From the IMG/VR virus record IMGVR_UViG_3300028591_000091: 64,000 nucleotides of DNA. One strand, given 5' to 3'. The notes under the pieces were generated by a model. It saw only the letters and a program-made list of their open reading frames with translations. It had not been told where the DNA came from and searched no databases. The DNA is from an uncultured virus (IMG/VR IMGVR_UViG_3300028591_000091) (taxonomy: Duplodnaviria > Heunggongvirae > Uroviricota > Caudoviricetes). Position 1 is the stretch's first letter; each line of letters starts with the position of its first letter. Below are positions 30,306-41,253 of the stretch, in pieces. A program made the translations under genes and the position numbers.

Positions 30306-30734
30306 ATGACACAAGAAGAGAAAGATTTGCTTATAAAGGATTTATCAGCAAGATTTGAATACCAAACAAAAGGTCTTCATAGAGGACAAGTAAGAACTAT
30401 TATTGCTATGGGTTTGGGCGGCTGTTATCAAGTAGATGATTATGATTACTGGTTTAATTTAGACAACACATCTTTTAAACCCTATCTTCGGCCAATGTCT
30501 TCTATGACTGAGGAAGAATTTATGAATTTAACTACAGTAACAGAACTGCAATATGACCAACTTGAATTAGTAGATTGGGATAATAATTATAAAACACTTG
30601 AATTTTATCTTTCTGAAATACCACATTATTGTGTCATTAAAGTATTTGATTGGCTTAATAAATATCATTTTGATTACCGAAATTTAATACCAAATGGTCT
30701 TGCTCTTGAAGCTCCAGAAGGTATGTACAAATAA
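30306..30734 (+). CDS. MTQEEK/KPYLRPMSSM family protein
   Basis: Paralog of 29862 and 47766. Confidence 0.75.
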   Translation: MTQEEKDLLIKDLSARFEYQTKGLHRGQVRTIIAMGLGGCYQVDDYDYWFNLDNTSFKPYLRPMSSMTEEEFMNLTTVTELQYDQLELVDWDNNYKTLEFYLSEIPHYCVIKVFDWLNKYHFDYRNLIPNGLALEAPEGMYK

Positions 30735-30780
30735 AAAGTGACAATATATTTATTAGTTACAGAACAGTTACAACGTAATT

Positions 30781-31269
30781 ATGAAAGTGTTTAATACAGG
30801 CAGAACGATTAGATTAAATAACATCGAATCGTTTGAAAAAGTTGAAATTGGTTCTACTTTTTTCAATTTCACTAAAGACATTTCTACACCACAGTATGAA
30901 CTAATTGATAAAAAGTTCTATCTATTAGTATTGGATGACGAAGAATCAAATCATGATAAAAATAATCCTAACTATGTTATAGAAAAAGTTGAAATCAAGC
31001 CAGAAGATTGGTTTAAGTCTAAATATGATGCTTATAATAAGTATGATATTGAAGATGAGTATTGTGGCGATAGATATGATGGTGAGTTTGTTATAGAGTC
31101 TACAATTAAAAACTTATCAACAAATGAGATATTCATTAATTGTGAATATGAACGTAATTGGAGTGCTTTTATAAGTGATAGTTTATCAGAGTGGTCTGCA
31201 TATGATGAAAATGAAGCATTTGAGTTAGCAGATTGGTATTATAAATATATGTCATTACCTAAAAAATAA
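30781..31269 (+). CDS. hypothetical protein
   Basis: 162 aa acidic ORF. Confidence 0.65.
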   Translation: MKVFNTGRTIRLNNIESFEKVEIGSTFFNFTKDISTPQYELIDKKFYLLVLDDEESNHDKNNPNYVIEKVEIKPEDWFKSKYDAYNKYDIEDEYCGDRYDGEFVIESTIKNLSTNEIFINCEYERNWSAFISDSLSEWSAYDENEAFELADWYYKYMSLPKK

Positions 31270-31633
31270 CTATGGCAACAATTAAAGTGACAAAAGAACT
31301 ATGCAAGAAATGCCTTTATGGTTATCCTTGTGAGATGTGGGATGAGATTGCACAAAGTTAAAAGCAAAAGATATAGAAGAAATAAAATGGTTAATTGAAG
31401 AAGCTGAACAACAAGCAGATTCTTGTTATGCTGCATGTAATTGGGTTGCTACTGAATTTAATAAAAAATATAGATAATTTAAGTAAGTATAAAATAGCTA
31501 TATATAAAAAAATATGGTAAGATTATTAAAACTTCAATAGGCTAGTATAAAAATGGTAATCATGTTATTAAACATAGAAAATATCTTTTATTTGAAGCAC
31601 ATGAAGGTATGTATATAACAAACGACAAGGAAC

Positions 31634-32476
31634 ATGAAAGAAATAGAAATCAATAAAAATCGTAAACGTGAAAATTTTACATTTGCCAACATCAATTTAC
31701 TTGGAAGATGCAATGCAAATTGCTATTTTTGCCTTGGAAAAGATATTACAAAAGAACTTTCTGGCAAGAATCAGCTTAATGTGCATTTCTCAGAATGGAA
31801 GAACTTTGACAAGTTTCTTGCTATGTGTAAAGAAACAAAAATTAAGAAGTTGTACCTTACTGGGCAGACTGCTGACGGATTGCAATATAAATATCTCCAA
31901 GAAATAATCGATTATTTACAAGACAGTGGTTTTTTGGTAGGAGTGAGAACTAATGGTTTACTTGCAGAAGCAAAAATGAGTTGCATACAATCCATGAAGG
32001 ATGAAATTGCTTACAGTATACATACATTGAAGCCAGAGGTAAATAAGACTATCATGGGATTTTCTAAGATTCCGAATTGGGATAAAATTATTCCTGCAAG
32101 CGGTGATAATGTTCGTGTATCCATTGTCCTATGTCGTTACAACATTGATGAGTTTGATGACATTATTCAGTATATCAGTAAGTTTGATAATGTACGATAC
32201 ATCCAAGTGCGCCGTATCAGTACAGACACACGTTACGAACTTCTCAAAGAAGATATATCTTTGTATGAACAATTCTATGACAAATTTGCTGAAGAACATA
32301 AAAAAGAGCGTATAGAGGATTTCTATCTCGCCCAACGATATATACTTTATGGGAAAGAAATAAATTTTTGGCGAACAGTTGAAACGTCAATAAACAGTCT
32401 TAATTACTTTACAGATGGGACTTGCTCAGATGAGTATTTTATTGTTGAAGGATATTTGAAATACATGAACAAATAA
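31634..32476 (+). CDS. radical SAM protein
   Basis: CNANCYFC (CxxxCxxC), LTG and TNG motifs. Confidence 0.85.
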   Translation: MKEIEINKNRKRENFTFANINLLGRCNANCYFCLGKDITKELSGKNQLNVHFSEWKNFDKFLAMCKETKIKKLYLTGQTADGLQYKYLQEIIDYLQDSGFLVGVRTNGLLAEAKMSCIQSMKDEIAYSIHTLKPEVNKTIMGFSKIPNWDKIIPASGDNVRVSIVLCRYNIDEFDDIIQYISKFDNVRYIQVRRISTDTRYELLKEDISLYEQFYDKFAEEHKKERIEDFYLAQRYILYGKEINFWRTVETSINSLNYFTDGTCSDEYFIVEGYLKYMNK

Positions 32477-32501
32477 TTTTCCGAAGAAAAAAAAAACAAC
32501 T

Positions 32502-32909
32502 ATGATTACAGAAGATTTTGTTAGTGTTGAAACTGCGAAACTCCTGAGAGAAAAAGGATTTGACGAACCCTGTAATCATTATTATGATTATGCACAGAGA
32601 TTACAATTTTGCGACTCAGAGTTATCTGATTCAGAATTATCTAGTGATGATGAAGAATATTTAGCTCCCACTCAGCAGAAGGCTTGCAAGTGGCTGAGGG
32701 AAGTACATCATTGGCATATATTTGTTCCAAAATGGGAAGATGTTGAATATATGCCTGGAGAATGGGAAGAAACAATGGTAGGTTATCAATATGTAATAAT
32801 AAATATTGGAGAAGTTAATAGAAAATGTGAACAACCTACTATAACAGCATTTAGTCCAGAGTCAGCATATGAAGCAGCAATAAAGTATTGTTTGGAAAAT
32901 TTAATTTAA
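32502..32909 (+). CDS. hypothetical phage protein
   Basis: 135 aa; ETAKLLREKGF...APT...WLRE pattern. Confidence 0.7.
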   Translation: MITEDFVSVETAKLLREKGFDEPCNHYYDYAQRLQFCDSELSDSELSSDDEEYLAPTQQKACKWLREVHHWHIFVPKWEDVEYMPGEWEETMVGYQYVIINIGEVNRKCEQPTITAFSPESAYEAAIKYCLENLI

Positions 32910-33097
32910 ATAATTATGGCAGTGATTGTAGATAACGATTGTATTAAATTTCTTGAAGAATTTAGAACTATTTGTAGTAAATATGTAAAATGTAGTAATC
33001 TTCTTAAAATGGAATTTAATGATGGTTCTACTATAGGTATGAGAACCTTATTAGAGATTGGTCTTGGTGTTAAACAAATAGAAGATGTTATTTAATT

Positions 33098-33520
33098 ATG
33101 ACAGTAATTAAATCATATACTGACGTAAATCAGTCAAAAAAGTTGGTAGAGATTATCCCGCTTGAAAGTGCTGATGGGTTTTGGGAATATCACAATAAAT
33201 GGTATTCAGAAGGTGATGACTGGGAGGGTTATGAAGATTATCCAAGAGCAGAACCATATCTTGAGTACACTCGCAAGGAAAATGCATGGAAAGAATACAA
33301 CTCAGATATTCCTTGTTGGAGTCTTGCAGCGTTGCTTGATGTTTTGCCTACATTAGATGACAGAAATGCAAACTTTTGTAAGGATATAAGATATGACAAA
33401 TGGCATGTTTATTATCATAGTACAGCAACATTATCTATAATTGATACAGAAAGATATGACAATCCTATTGATGCTTGCTACGAAATGATATTAAAACTAC
33501 ACGAACTTAAAATGCTGTGA
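33098..33520 (+). CDS. hypothetical protein, paralog of 40071-40451
   Basis: TDV-QSKKL...ESAD...IPCWSLAALL...CYEMILKL shared. Confidence 0.75.
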   Translation: MTVIKSYTDVNQSKKLVEIIPLESADGFWEYHNKWYSEGDDWEGYEDYPRAEPYLEYTRKENAWKEYNSDIPCWSLAALLDVLPTLDDRNANFCKDIRYDKWHVYYHSTATLSIIDTERYDNPIDACYEMILKLHELKML

Positions 33521-33744
33521 TTATGACTTTAGGAAGGTTGATGGAACTTTACCAAGCTGAACAAGAGGGTAAGCAAATAATGGTGAGAACAGTTCATCAT
33601 GGATATTATAGTTCTCATGAATATATTTCAAAAATTAAAATAACTGAATATGAATTAAAAGATTTAGTTCTTGATGAACAAGAAGATAAATCTTATACAT
33701 ATTTTATAAAAGATGAAGAGGATGAGTACGGATGTAAATTATAA
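33517..33744 (+). CDS. hypothetical protein
   Basis: 75 aa operon ORF. Confidence 0.55.
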   Translation: MIMTLGRLMELYQAEQEGKQIMVRTVHHGYYSSHEYISKIKITEYELKDLVLDEQEDKSYTYFIKDEEDEYGCKL

Positions 33745-33749
33745 AAATT

Positions 33750-33980
33750 ATGAAGAAGTTTAAGATAGAAACGGATGGTACTTATTATTATCCTTATATC
33801 AGAGTTTTGTTTTGGTGGAAGCCTATAGAAAATTATGAGGTTAGGTGTGGAAATCTAGTATTAACAGGTTCAAATAAGTGTGATACTCTGGAACGTGCTA
33901 AGTTTTTGATTCAATGTATTAAAGATAGCCTGAAAAGAGAAGAAAACAGGGCTAAGGGGTGGATAATATGGATAAATTAG
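33750..33980 (+). CDS. hypothetical protein
   Basis: 76 aa operon ORF. Confidence 0.55.
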   Translation: MKKFKIETDGTYYYPYIRVLFWWKPIENYEVRCGNLVLTGSNKCDTLERAKFLIQCIKDSLKREENRAKGWIIWIN

Positions 33981-34272
33981 GGCTCGATGCTACATCATTA
34001 GAACAATCTAAAAGACTATTAAAACTAGGATTGAACCCTGAAACTGCAGGTCGTATTTATTTATCTATCTGTTATTTACGCCCTTAACTTCAATGAGAGA
34101 TAATGAGTGTTGTGAGTATATAAAGACTCTACAATATACACAACCGCACTTATAGATTTATTAGTTAAAGGTTTTGATTTTTTTAGGTCTTATAGGAAAA
34201 GGATTAGCCATAGATATTTCAACCATCTAGAAAACAATGAAACCCTTATATATATAATATAAAAATAAGACT

Positions 34273-34629
34273 ATGGATAAAAACATGAAAGATGCATTAA
34301 TGGTTGGTGGAATTATGTCTGTATCGACCGTTATAGTGACTGGAGTTTTATATCTGGTCAAAACAAAGAAGAAAAGCAAAAAGAAATTAAAAGAGAGTAT
34401 GGCAATCCTGGAAGAGTCATTAGAAAATAAAAATTGGTGGCTCACAAAAGAATGCCAAACAAGATCCCGACTTATTATTGATTGGGTGAGTGAAAAAAGA
34501 AAAGAGAGTCGAACTGAAGATAAAAAGTTGGAAGAAGCTCTAGAAACTATCAAACAAGAGCATTGGATGACAAAAAAGTATCAGTGTGCATTCAGGGTAG
34601 TTTATGATTGGGCTAAAATAAGACTATAA
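34273..34629 (+). CDS. membrane-anchored hypothetical protein
   Basis: N-terminal TM segment; CCTTATA motif at 34244; terminator downstream. Confidence 0.65.
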   Translation: MDKNMKDALMVGGIMSVSTVIVTGVLYLVKTKKKSKKKLKESMAILEESLENKNWWLTKECQTRSRLIIDWVSEKRKESRTEDKKLEEALETIKQEHWMTKKYQCAFRVVYDWAKIRL

Positions 34630-34876
34630 AAAAAAGAATAGAACAGGAGAAAAGACTCTTGTTCTTTTTTTTTTGCGCGAGAAATAAAAACAGAGCGGAG
34701 ACATACCATACAGTCACCCGTATATTGAACCAAGAATTTTCATACTGGTTCTATTTCTTCCGCTCTAAAAATCTCGCGCACTCTTTATGTCTACCTCTCA
34801 TGTATTCTCTAAAATTAGAAAAATTATATTTATAGTTATGCCTTTTATTGTATCTTTATTCTCTGATCTAGTAAAA

Positions 34877-35110
34877 CTAAAATATTTTATTACCTTTTAT
34901 CTTCTTAAAATAATCTGCTATAAGTATATTATTTCCCTTTTGCCAAAGATGATTTTTATCATTATATTCATCAGTAATACAATTATCATGTTCACTAATA
35001 TAAATCTTTCCCACTTTATATGCTATCCTTGGTGGAAAAGATGCGGGTTTCATTATAACCTCTTTTAAACAAATCCACCTACTCCCCTTTTTAATTGTCG
35101 TATTTTTCAA
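34877..35110 (-). CDS. hypothetical protein
   Basis: 77 aa operon ORF. Confidence 0.5.
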   Translation of the reverse strand: MKNTTIKKGSRWICLKEVIMKPASFPPRIAYKVGKIYISEHDNCITDEYNDKNHLWQKGNNILIADYFKKIKGNKIF

Positions 35111-35318
35111 GTTTAATAAATATTTTATCTCCTGACCAAGTACTATAAGATGGACAAGCTAATTTAAATATCCTCTCGGGTCTTCTTCTTTTATTACAGG
35201 AGGATGCAAAATAACTGAAATAATCTCCTCCACTATAAAATTTCCAATGACACACTTTAATACCTTTATTAGTAAAAAAGCTAGAATAATAATCTGTCCC
35301 AAACTTAACTTCTACCAT
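35091..35318 (-). CDS. hypothetical protein
   Basis: Overlapping operon ORF. Confidence 0.5.
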   Translation of the reverse strand: MVEVKFGTDYYSSFFTNKGIKVCHWKFYSGGDYFSYFASSCNKRRRPERIFKLACPSYSTWSGDKIFIKLEKYDN

Positions 35319-35629
35319 TATTCTTTTCCATCTAATAATTTAAAAAGTCTTGTATTATTATTAATTCTGTATATTCTTAAAAAGGTTTTTGTACTAATAT
35401 AAAAACTGATATTTGGGTGAGGAAGGGTTAATTTCTCGGTTTTTGAAAAGAATGGAGAATACCTTTTTAATAAAGACCTATATTTGGCTCTCTTATTTGC
35501 TCTATAAAACCACAACCCCTGTGTAATAAACACTCCCTCCTCAAGCCTAACAGCAAAAGTAACAAAATGATTAAGAGTATTACTCGGATATTTTTCTATA
35601 AAACCTTCAACAAGTATTCTCTTTGTCAT
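35318..35629 (-). CDS. hypothetical protein
   Basis: Overlapping operon ORF. Confidence 0.55.
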   Translation of the reverse strand: MTKRILVEGFIEKYPSNTLNHFVTFAVRLEEGVFITQGLWFYRANKRAKYRSLLKRYSPFFSKTEKLTLPHPNISFYISTKTFLRIYRINNNTRLFKLLDGKE

Positions 35630-35948
35630 AGTTTTGTAAGTATCTATAAAAATCTGTATCCTTCCGCTTGTATAATTTTAAACAAGCCTTTAAATCAATA
35701 GAAAAATAAAGATCGGGAATTGAGAGCAAATAATCACGTGAAATTAAGGTAAGATCCGGACGAAATCTTTTAAAAAATCGTTTATAAAATCCTCTTTTAT
35801 TTTTATTATTGATTTCTCCGAGTATTATAGAACTACTTTTAAAGGTTTTATCTGAAAATTTAATTACATATGAAATATTCCAACTATGTCCGTCTTTAAA
35901 ATGAACCTCAACATCTATCATAAAAATAATAGCATTTATCATCATCAA
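35607..35948 (-). CDS. hypothetical protein
   Basis: Overlapping operon ORF. Confidence 0.55.
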   Translation of the reverse strand: MMMINAIIFMIDVEVHFKDGHSWNISYVIKFSDKTFKSSSIILGEINNKNKRGFYKRFFKRFRPDLTLISRDYLLSIPDLYFSIDLKACLKLYKRKDTDFYRYLQNYDKENTC

Positions 35949-36201
35949 TCTCTAAACTTTTTCTTCCTAATTTTGGAGGTTCATCAAAATCTAAGTATTC
36001 TTTAGTACAAAAAGTATATTTATATTTAGCATTGTCTAGGAACACTTTTTTTAACTTTCTTGGATCATTAATCTTATTAATGGATCTTCTAAATATTAAC
36101 TTGTATTTATAATAATTTTTTTCAAGAATCCAAAATTTAAGAACATATTCATATCCACATAAATCTCGTTGCCTCCTAATATCAACGTTTATTTTCATCA
36201 T
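35908..36201 (-). CDS. hypothetical protein
   Basis: 97 aa, first gene of the block. Confidence 0.55.
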   Translation of the reverse strand: MMKINVDIRRQRDLCGYEYVLKFWILEKNYYKYKLIFRRSINKINDPRKLKKVFLDNAKYKYTFCTKEYLDFDEPPKLGRKSLEIDDDKCYYFYDRC

Positions 36202-36446
36202 ATATAAGTCTTTTAGTGCAGAAAAAAAAGAAAAGAGATCTAAAATGTATCTCTTCTTATAAAAGGTAAAACTAAATTTCCTTGATATTCAAAGGACCAC
36301 ATTATTCCAGAATAACACATATACAGCAAGTTAAGTTGGATAAAATATATTAGAGTATACTCTGCCATCGACTATAAAGTGGTGCTTGCTGTTACACGCA
36401 ATTTAAGAGAATGACTGCTTCCAAGCCAACTCACACCACATATAGT

Positions 36447-36782
36447 TTATGTATTCTTGCGAATGCTTTCGACCTTCTTGCGAAAATCATCATCCCATTT
36501 GTCCCAAAAACATTCAGAATCATTTTCTGGACAATCATTGATATCACTATATCCATAATGATTAAGAATTGCATCACAGATTTCAAACAGAACCCGTCTA
36601 TCTATTTTTACATAGTCTTTGTCATCTTCTTTCTCAAGAAAATCCTTTTCTGCTTGTTCATAACCCTTTTTGAAAATATTTCTTGCGTACATCCTCCCAG
36701 CATTCGTATTTTGCGTTTTTGATATTTCTCCATCTATAAATGGATATGCCTTAAATGCTGCTTCTTCACTTCTTTTACTCAT
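36447..36782 (-). CDS. hypothetical protein (GYEQAEKD family)
   Basis: Shares GYEQAEKD with 41250-41531. Confidence 0.65.
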   Translation of the reverse strand: MSKRSEEAAFKAYPFIDGEISKTQNTNAGRMYARNIFKKGYEQAEKDFLEKEDDKDYVKIDRRVLFEICDAILNHYGYSDINDCPENDSECFWDKWDDDFRKKVESIRKNT

Positions 36783-37056
36783 TTTTCATTGCTTGTTTTA
36801 AGTCGTTAATAAGTCCATGTACGTCAATATAGTCATAAGGACATCCCATTCTATAAGACTCTTCGTCTGCAATTTTGTAATCATCAAAAGAAATATTTCG
36901 TAGCCACTCGTAAATTTCCTCCCTTGCAATCTCCACAGCCTTTCTTGCTTGGTCAGGAGTGAGCCAAGGAGAACAAAATTCATCACCATATTTATCACCA
37001 TAAACATTACTACAATTCCTTATATTCTCTCGGATGAATTCTTCTGCCTTACTCAT
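36775..37056 (-). CDS. hypothetical protein (MSKAE/AVEIAREE family)
   Basis: Paralog of 41512-41757. Confidence 0.65.
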   Translation of the reverse strand: MSKAEEFIRENIRNCSNVYGDKYGDEFCSPWLTPDQARKAVEIAREEIYEWLRNISFDDYKIADEESYRMGCPYDYIDVHGLINDLKQAMKNE

Positions 37057-37235
37057 AGTTCAATCCTCCCAATCTCGTGTTGCTTTATCAAAACGTTCCA
37101 TAGCTGAATCATAATCCCATTCATATAAAGGAATACCATCGCAATAAAGTTCTTTACAACATTCAACAACTGCTTCTACAATTCCTGAATCTAAAGATTC
37201 AAGTTCTTTTTTAATTTCTGCCCTGCTCATAGTAA

Positions 37236-37736
37236 TTAAACGTTATTCATTGCTTCCCGAAATACAGACACCCAACGAAAATTATTTATATTGGCATTAC
37301 GCCTTATCCATTCTATTGCTGCATTTATCATCTCTTCTTTCTTCATCTCCATACCAGCAAGCATAGCATGGTCTTCTGCAAGTTCAATGGTGGACTGGTC
37401 TTTGGCTTTCTGCCATTTAGCACCAGCCTTGAAAAAATCATCAGTTGCATGGGACGGAAACCATATATCATGACAGCCATCAACAACCATTGCTCTACCT
37501 CCATGCTCATCCCAAGTTTCATTATAGTAGGAATCACATGCTTCTTCCAAATCCTCACTTACAGACTCTTCTTGCAAAGAGTCAATGAAATTAAGAATTT
37601 CAAGATAGGAAGAATGTTTGCCCCTATTGAAATCTTCCTCTTGCAATGTCATGTGTCGTGTAGAGTCACGAACATTATTATTCCATCTTTTCAGTCTTTC
37701 AACCTCTTCACGGATTTTCTGTACTTTGTCTGTCAT
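37236..37736 (-). CDS. hypothetical protein (DKVQKIREEV family)
   Basis: Paralog of 41754-42368. Confidence 0.7.
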   Translation of the reverse strand: MTDKVQKIREEVERLKRWNNNVRDSTRHMTLQEEDFNRGKHSSYLEILNFIDSLQEESVSEDLEEACDSYYNETWDEHGGRAMVVDGCHDIWFPSHATDDFFKAGAKWQKAKDQSTIELAEDHAMLAGMEMKKEEMINAAIEWIRRNANINNFRWVSVFREAMNNV

Positions 37737-37855
37737 AATTATTCTTCTTTCTGTGCTTTTATATACTTTTCGTAAAACTCTTGCTGAGATTTATCGAATT
37801 TATCTTGTTCTTCTTTGCTTAATGGTTTGTAAACTATCTTAATTTTAGCCATAAC

Positions 37856-38212
37856 TTATTCTCTTTTCTGTGCTTTAAGTAGAAGTTCTTCACTAAACTC
37901 TGGTATAGGTCTCCATGCAATTATCCCATGAACAAGTTGCCCTGTGTAACCACCTCTTTGTTCTGACATCCATTTACCATTCTTTGTAGAATCTACTCTA
38001 CATCCATACGAAGAATCCCATGCAAGAACCAAATCGCTTTCTGTCCACTCTCTATGACCTTGTAGTGTGTCTGATGTTTGCTTTGTTTCTGGCGGCATTT
38101 GTTTTGTGCAATCTATCCAACCATTGTTATACAAGTCTACCTCTTTTACTTCAAGGGTTTTAGTGTCTATTAAAAGATATATCTTCTCTGGTGCTTCGTT
38201 TGCTTTTATCAT
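37856..38212 (-). CDS. DUF551-like phage protein
   Basis: WIDCTKQMP...IIAWRPIPE pattern. Confidence 0.6.
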   Translation of the reverse strand: MIKANEAPEKIYLLIDTKTLEVKEVDLYNNGWIDCTKQMPPETKQTSDTLQGHREWTESDLVLAWDSSYGCRVDSTKNGKWMSEQRGGYTGQLVHGIIAWRPIPEFSEELLLKAQKRE

Positions 38213-38213
38213 T

Positions 38214-38474
38214 TTATTCCATTAAATCATGAATATAACTATTGCATTTTTCCCACATTTCTCTTTCAAATTGTCTTTTATCAGCATCAGTCCATTGCAC
38301 AACTTTTCCATCAGCAACTTCTCCCCATCTTCCTTTAAGCACATTACGAATATAAAAGTCGGTCATCTTATGCATAACTTCTATATTCTTCCTGTAACGC
38401 TTATTTGTATATTCCTTCCAAAGTACCTTTATATCCCTAATGCTTGTTGGAAATCTAAAACTAATATTTTTCAT
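38214..38474 (-). CDS. hypothetical protein
   Basis: 86 aa operon ORF. Confidence 0.6.
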   Translation of the reverse strand: MKNISFRFPTSIRDIKVLWKEYTNKRYRKNIEVMHKMTDFYIRNVLKGRWGEVADGKVVQWTDADKRQFEREMWEKCNSYIHDLME

Positions 38475-38476
38475 AA

Positions 38477-39907
38477 TTATTCCTCCCTTAGTTTCTTTAA
38501 GTCTTGATAGAGCGACTTCATATCATTTATCCATTTGTAACTGTCTTGACTTAAATTGCAAATAGCATCCCAAAATGTTGCCATTTGTTCATCGCTCGGC
38601 TTCCAAACGGTCTGAGGAATAATATGATAATATTTATCTCTTATATTGCGTAATACTTCTGCCATTCCCTCATTGTCAGTATTATCAAGATGACAGGCGA
38701 TTGTTTCTATATCATTATAATCCTCTACACTCCACCCATGCTTTGGCTGCGGCTGTAATCTCTCTTTGAGGGATTTGAGCCAATCAATACAAGCGTCAAC
38801 TTCATCGGTACTTGCATAATGTTTCTTTGCTGTATCAAAGAAATAAATTGTATCTTTGACTCTATGCTCATCCTCTTCACTCCAAGCAGACTTCTGCTCT
38901 TGTACTGAGTTAAATTTCTTAACAGCAATTTTAAGGAGTACATCGGCATTGTCCTTAATGTATTGTTTCCAACCAGACTCCTCTTCACTTATCCAACCAA
39001 GACAAATATCAGCAAGGGTTCTTTCAAAATCAGTGAGTCCTTCATATTTGTCAAATGGTTCAACATTATCAACAGGCTTTTGTCTTCTATTCATTGGTGG
39101 ATATTCGTAGTCATCTTGGTCTTTAATGGCAATCAATTCGTTATTGCAATGATAATATTCTTCATCAATAGAAGCAACTACAGGCATACCATCTGTATAA
39201 CCGTCAGTAGCCTCTTGTAATGTCCTCATAGTGTCTCCTACCTTAAACTTAGGTACAGTCTTCTGCTCACCTTGCTTTTCTAAGCGGTAAGCATCATACA
39301 CCCTACCGTGAAGGTTATTAAGTTTTTCATACAATTCTTTATCTTCTTGGACTTTCTTGACAGTTTCCATACAACATTGTAAAGCAAGGACATCGTTAAA
39401 TGTGAATTGTGGAAAACTAATTTGCTCTTCCTCCTGCTTGTAACAATGCTCTAATGAAAATAATTTGAACAACTGTCTTGGTGTGATGTGGAATTTTTTA
39501 TTCAAAATGTTGTCGCTTCTCCCAATGTAAATATCGTCGCCAATATATTCAAACCAATAAGATTCTCCTTCTTTAAATTCGTTAAAAGATTTACGACATT
39601 GAATAAAATTACCACTCACAAAATCATTCTTCTCTTTTTCTGCTTCATGAAAATTAACAAGATTCTGTTCTCCTTGCTTTTCAAGCCAAGCAAGCCAAGT
39701 ATGGGATTTTTCCGCAATGACAGATGAAGGAAAGTCTTTGGATTCTTTCTCGATAGTTTCCATCATATCTTTCCTTATTCTCTCATCCTCGCTCTCTGGG
39801 ACAAAATCTGCACATATACTACATGCAGTTTCGACTGTAATTTTTCCACTATTAACCATCTGATGTAGTCTGGTTATAGTATCTTTATGTAATTTCTCGT
39901 ATTCCAT
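38477..39907 (-). CDS. mosaic phage protein (EDERI/WLEKQGEQ/WSEEDE/WKPSDEQM family)
   Basis: Modules shared with 14213 and 43151. Confidence 0.75.
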   Translation of the reverse strand: MEYEKLHKDTITRLHQMVNSGKITVETACSICADFVPESEDERIRKDMMETIEKESKDFPSSVIAEKSHTWLAWLEKQGEQNLVNFHEAEKEKNDFVSGNFIQCRKSFNEFKEGESYWFEYIGDDIYIGRSDNILNKKFHITPRQLFKLFSLEHCYKQEEEQISFPQFTFNDVLALQCCMETVKKVQEDKELYEKLNNLHGRVYDAYRLEKQGEQKTVPKFKVGDTMRTLQEATDGYTDGMPVVASIDEEYYHCNNELIAIKDQDDYEYPPMNRRQKPVDNVEPFDKYEGLTDFERTLADICLGWISEEESGWKQYIKDNADVLLKIAVKKFNSVQEQKSAWSEEDEHRVKDTIYFFDTAKKHYASTDEVDACIDWLKSLKERLQPQPKHGWSVEDYNDIETIACHLDNTDNEGMAEVLRNIRDKYYHIIPQTVWKPSDEQMATFWDAICNLSQDSYKWINDMKSLYQDLKKLREE

Positions 39908-40070
39908 AATTATAATAAATTTAGTTAATCTCTACCCCATAAAGGATATTTACATCCGTCTTTTGCTTCTGCCATAGTACGAATAATTTCATTACCTCTG
40001 CGAGTGCCATATTCACCTCGTAATTTAGCACCCATTTCTCTGTTAATCTTTTCTAATGAATTTTCCATAA

Positions 40071-40451
40071 TCACAACATTTTAAGTTTGTTCAATTTTAA
40101 TATCATTTCGTAGCAAGAATCAACCGGATTATCATAGTTGTCTGTTGCTTCAACTGGACATTCAAACATATTAACGCTCCATTTCCCCATAAAAGATGAT
40201 AAACTTGCACTTCCATCATCATCAACTTTACTTGCTATCTTTGCTAATATTTCAAGCAACGCTGCAAGACTCCAACAAGGAATGTTCCTAAGTGATGTAT
40301 CATGCAAAGTTCCGTTTACTACTTCTGGTGTGCTTTTATTCATGCGCAACACGAAATTGTAAGGGTAATACATATCAGCACTTTCACGTGGAAGTACCTC
40401 TGCCAACTTTTTTGACTGTTCTACATCAGTAAAATTTTTAATTGTAGTCAT
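40071..40451 (-). CDS. hypothetical protein, paralog of 33098-33520
   Basis: Shared motifs. Confidence 0.75.
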   Translation of the reverse strand: MTTIKNFTDVEQSKKLAEVLPRESADMYYPYNFVLRMNKSTPEVVNGTLHDTSLRNIPCWSLAALLEILAKIASKVDDDGSASLSSFMGKWSVNMFECPVEATDNYDNPVDSCYEMILKLNKLKML

Positions 40452-40467
40452 AGTTATTCTCTTTTTA

Positions 40468-40824
40468 TTACCAACAAATGCTTTCTTGATATGGATGAGG
40501 CATTAATATTAAGTTGTTAAATTCAAATCTGTAATATCCTCCACAAGCACTTCTACTATTTTGCTCTTTTTTATAATCTATGGTATATATAATCATCCCA
40601 TAAATGGGTGTATTATTTTCATCAACATATAGACGTATTTTATAAGGTCTTAATGTATTTCTATCATAAAATTCATCAAAATTATCTTTATGAGAGGTTT
40701 CTGCTTCTTGTAGAATCATTTTTATGTCACGTTCAATTGCATAATGACAATCATAATGATTACCAAAATATTCAAACCCACTATCTTTTATTGGATATTC
40801 TTCACAGTCCTTAAGTTCGTTCAT
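40468..40824 (-). CDS. hypothetical protein
   Basis: 118 aa operon ORF. Confidence 0.6.
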   Translation of the reverse strand: MNELKDCEEYPIKDSGFEYFGNHYDCHYAIERDIKMILQEAETSHKDNFDEFYDRNTLRPYKIRLYVDENNTPIYGMIIYTIDYKKEQNSRSACGGYYRFEFNNLILMPHPYQESICW

Positions 40825-40857
40825 AGTTAGATTGTTTATTAGTTAATGCTTTCTTTT

Positions 40858-41253
40858 TTAATAAGATTCACCGTAAGATAGAGGACAATAGGCAAACTGC
40901 TGCGGATTTTTATCAACATACAGAGAGTTACGACAAAGGTTTTGCAATTTAATTACTTTTCCTATTTGCCATAAATACACCTTTGTACCGACATTGGCAT
41001 GGTTAAGAATAAATAGAGAAGAAACACATAAATCATGTGCATATTGGTCAGCAGCAGCTTCGGTCATGCAGACTTCCAGACACCCATCAACCCTGCACCA
41101 ACATCTAATTTTGTCTGTGCCCTTCTCAACCACGAAAAACCCATCCTCGCCAATCTTCATATTCTTGGGCAGACACTTTCTCATTTCAAATTTCTTCTCG
41201 CCTGACATAATCTTTTCAAGTAAGTGCTTCGGCAATGTAATTAGTATATTCAT
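40858..41253 (-). CDS. ASCH/PUA-like domain protein
   Basis: EKIMSGEKKFEMRK matches the ASCH GxKxxExR motif. Confidence 0.7.
   Translation of the reverse strand: MNILITLPKHLLEKIMSGEKKFEMRKCLPKNMKIGEDGFFVVEKGTDKIRCWCRVDGCLEVCMTEAAADQYAHDLCVSSLFILNHANVGTKVYLWQIGKVIKLQNLCRNSLYVDKNPQQFAYCPLSYGESY

Noticed and set aside
33985..34230. Additional gene
   Set aside because: Only decayed remnants of two local families (TSLEQSKRL...; YLRPL...GLA) broken by stops and frameshifts
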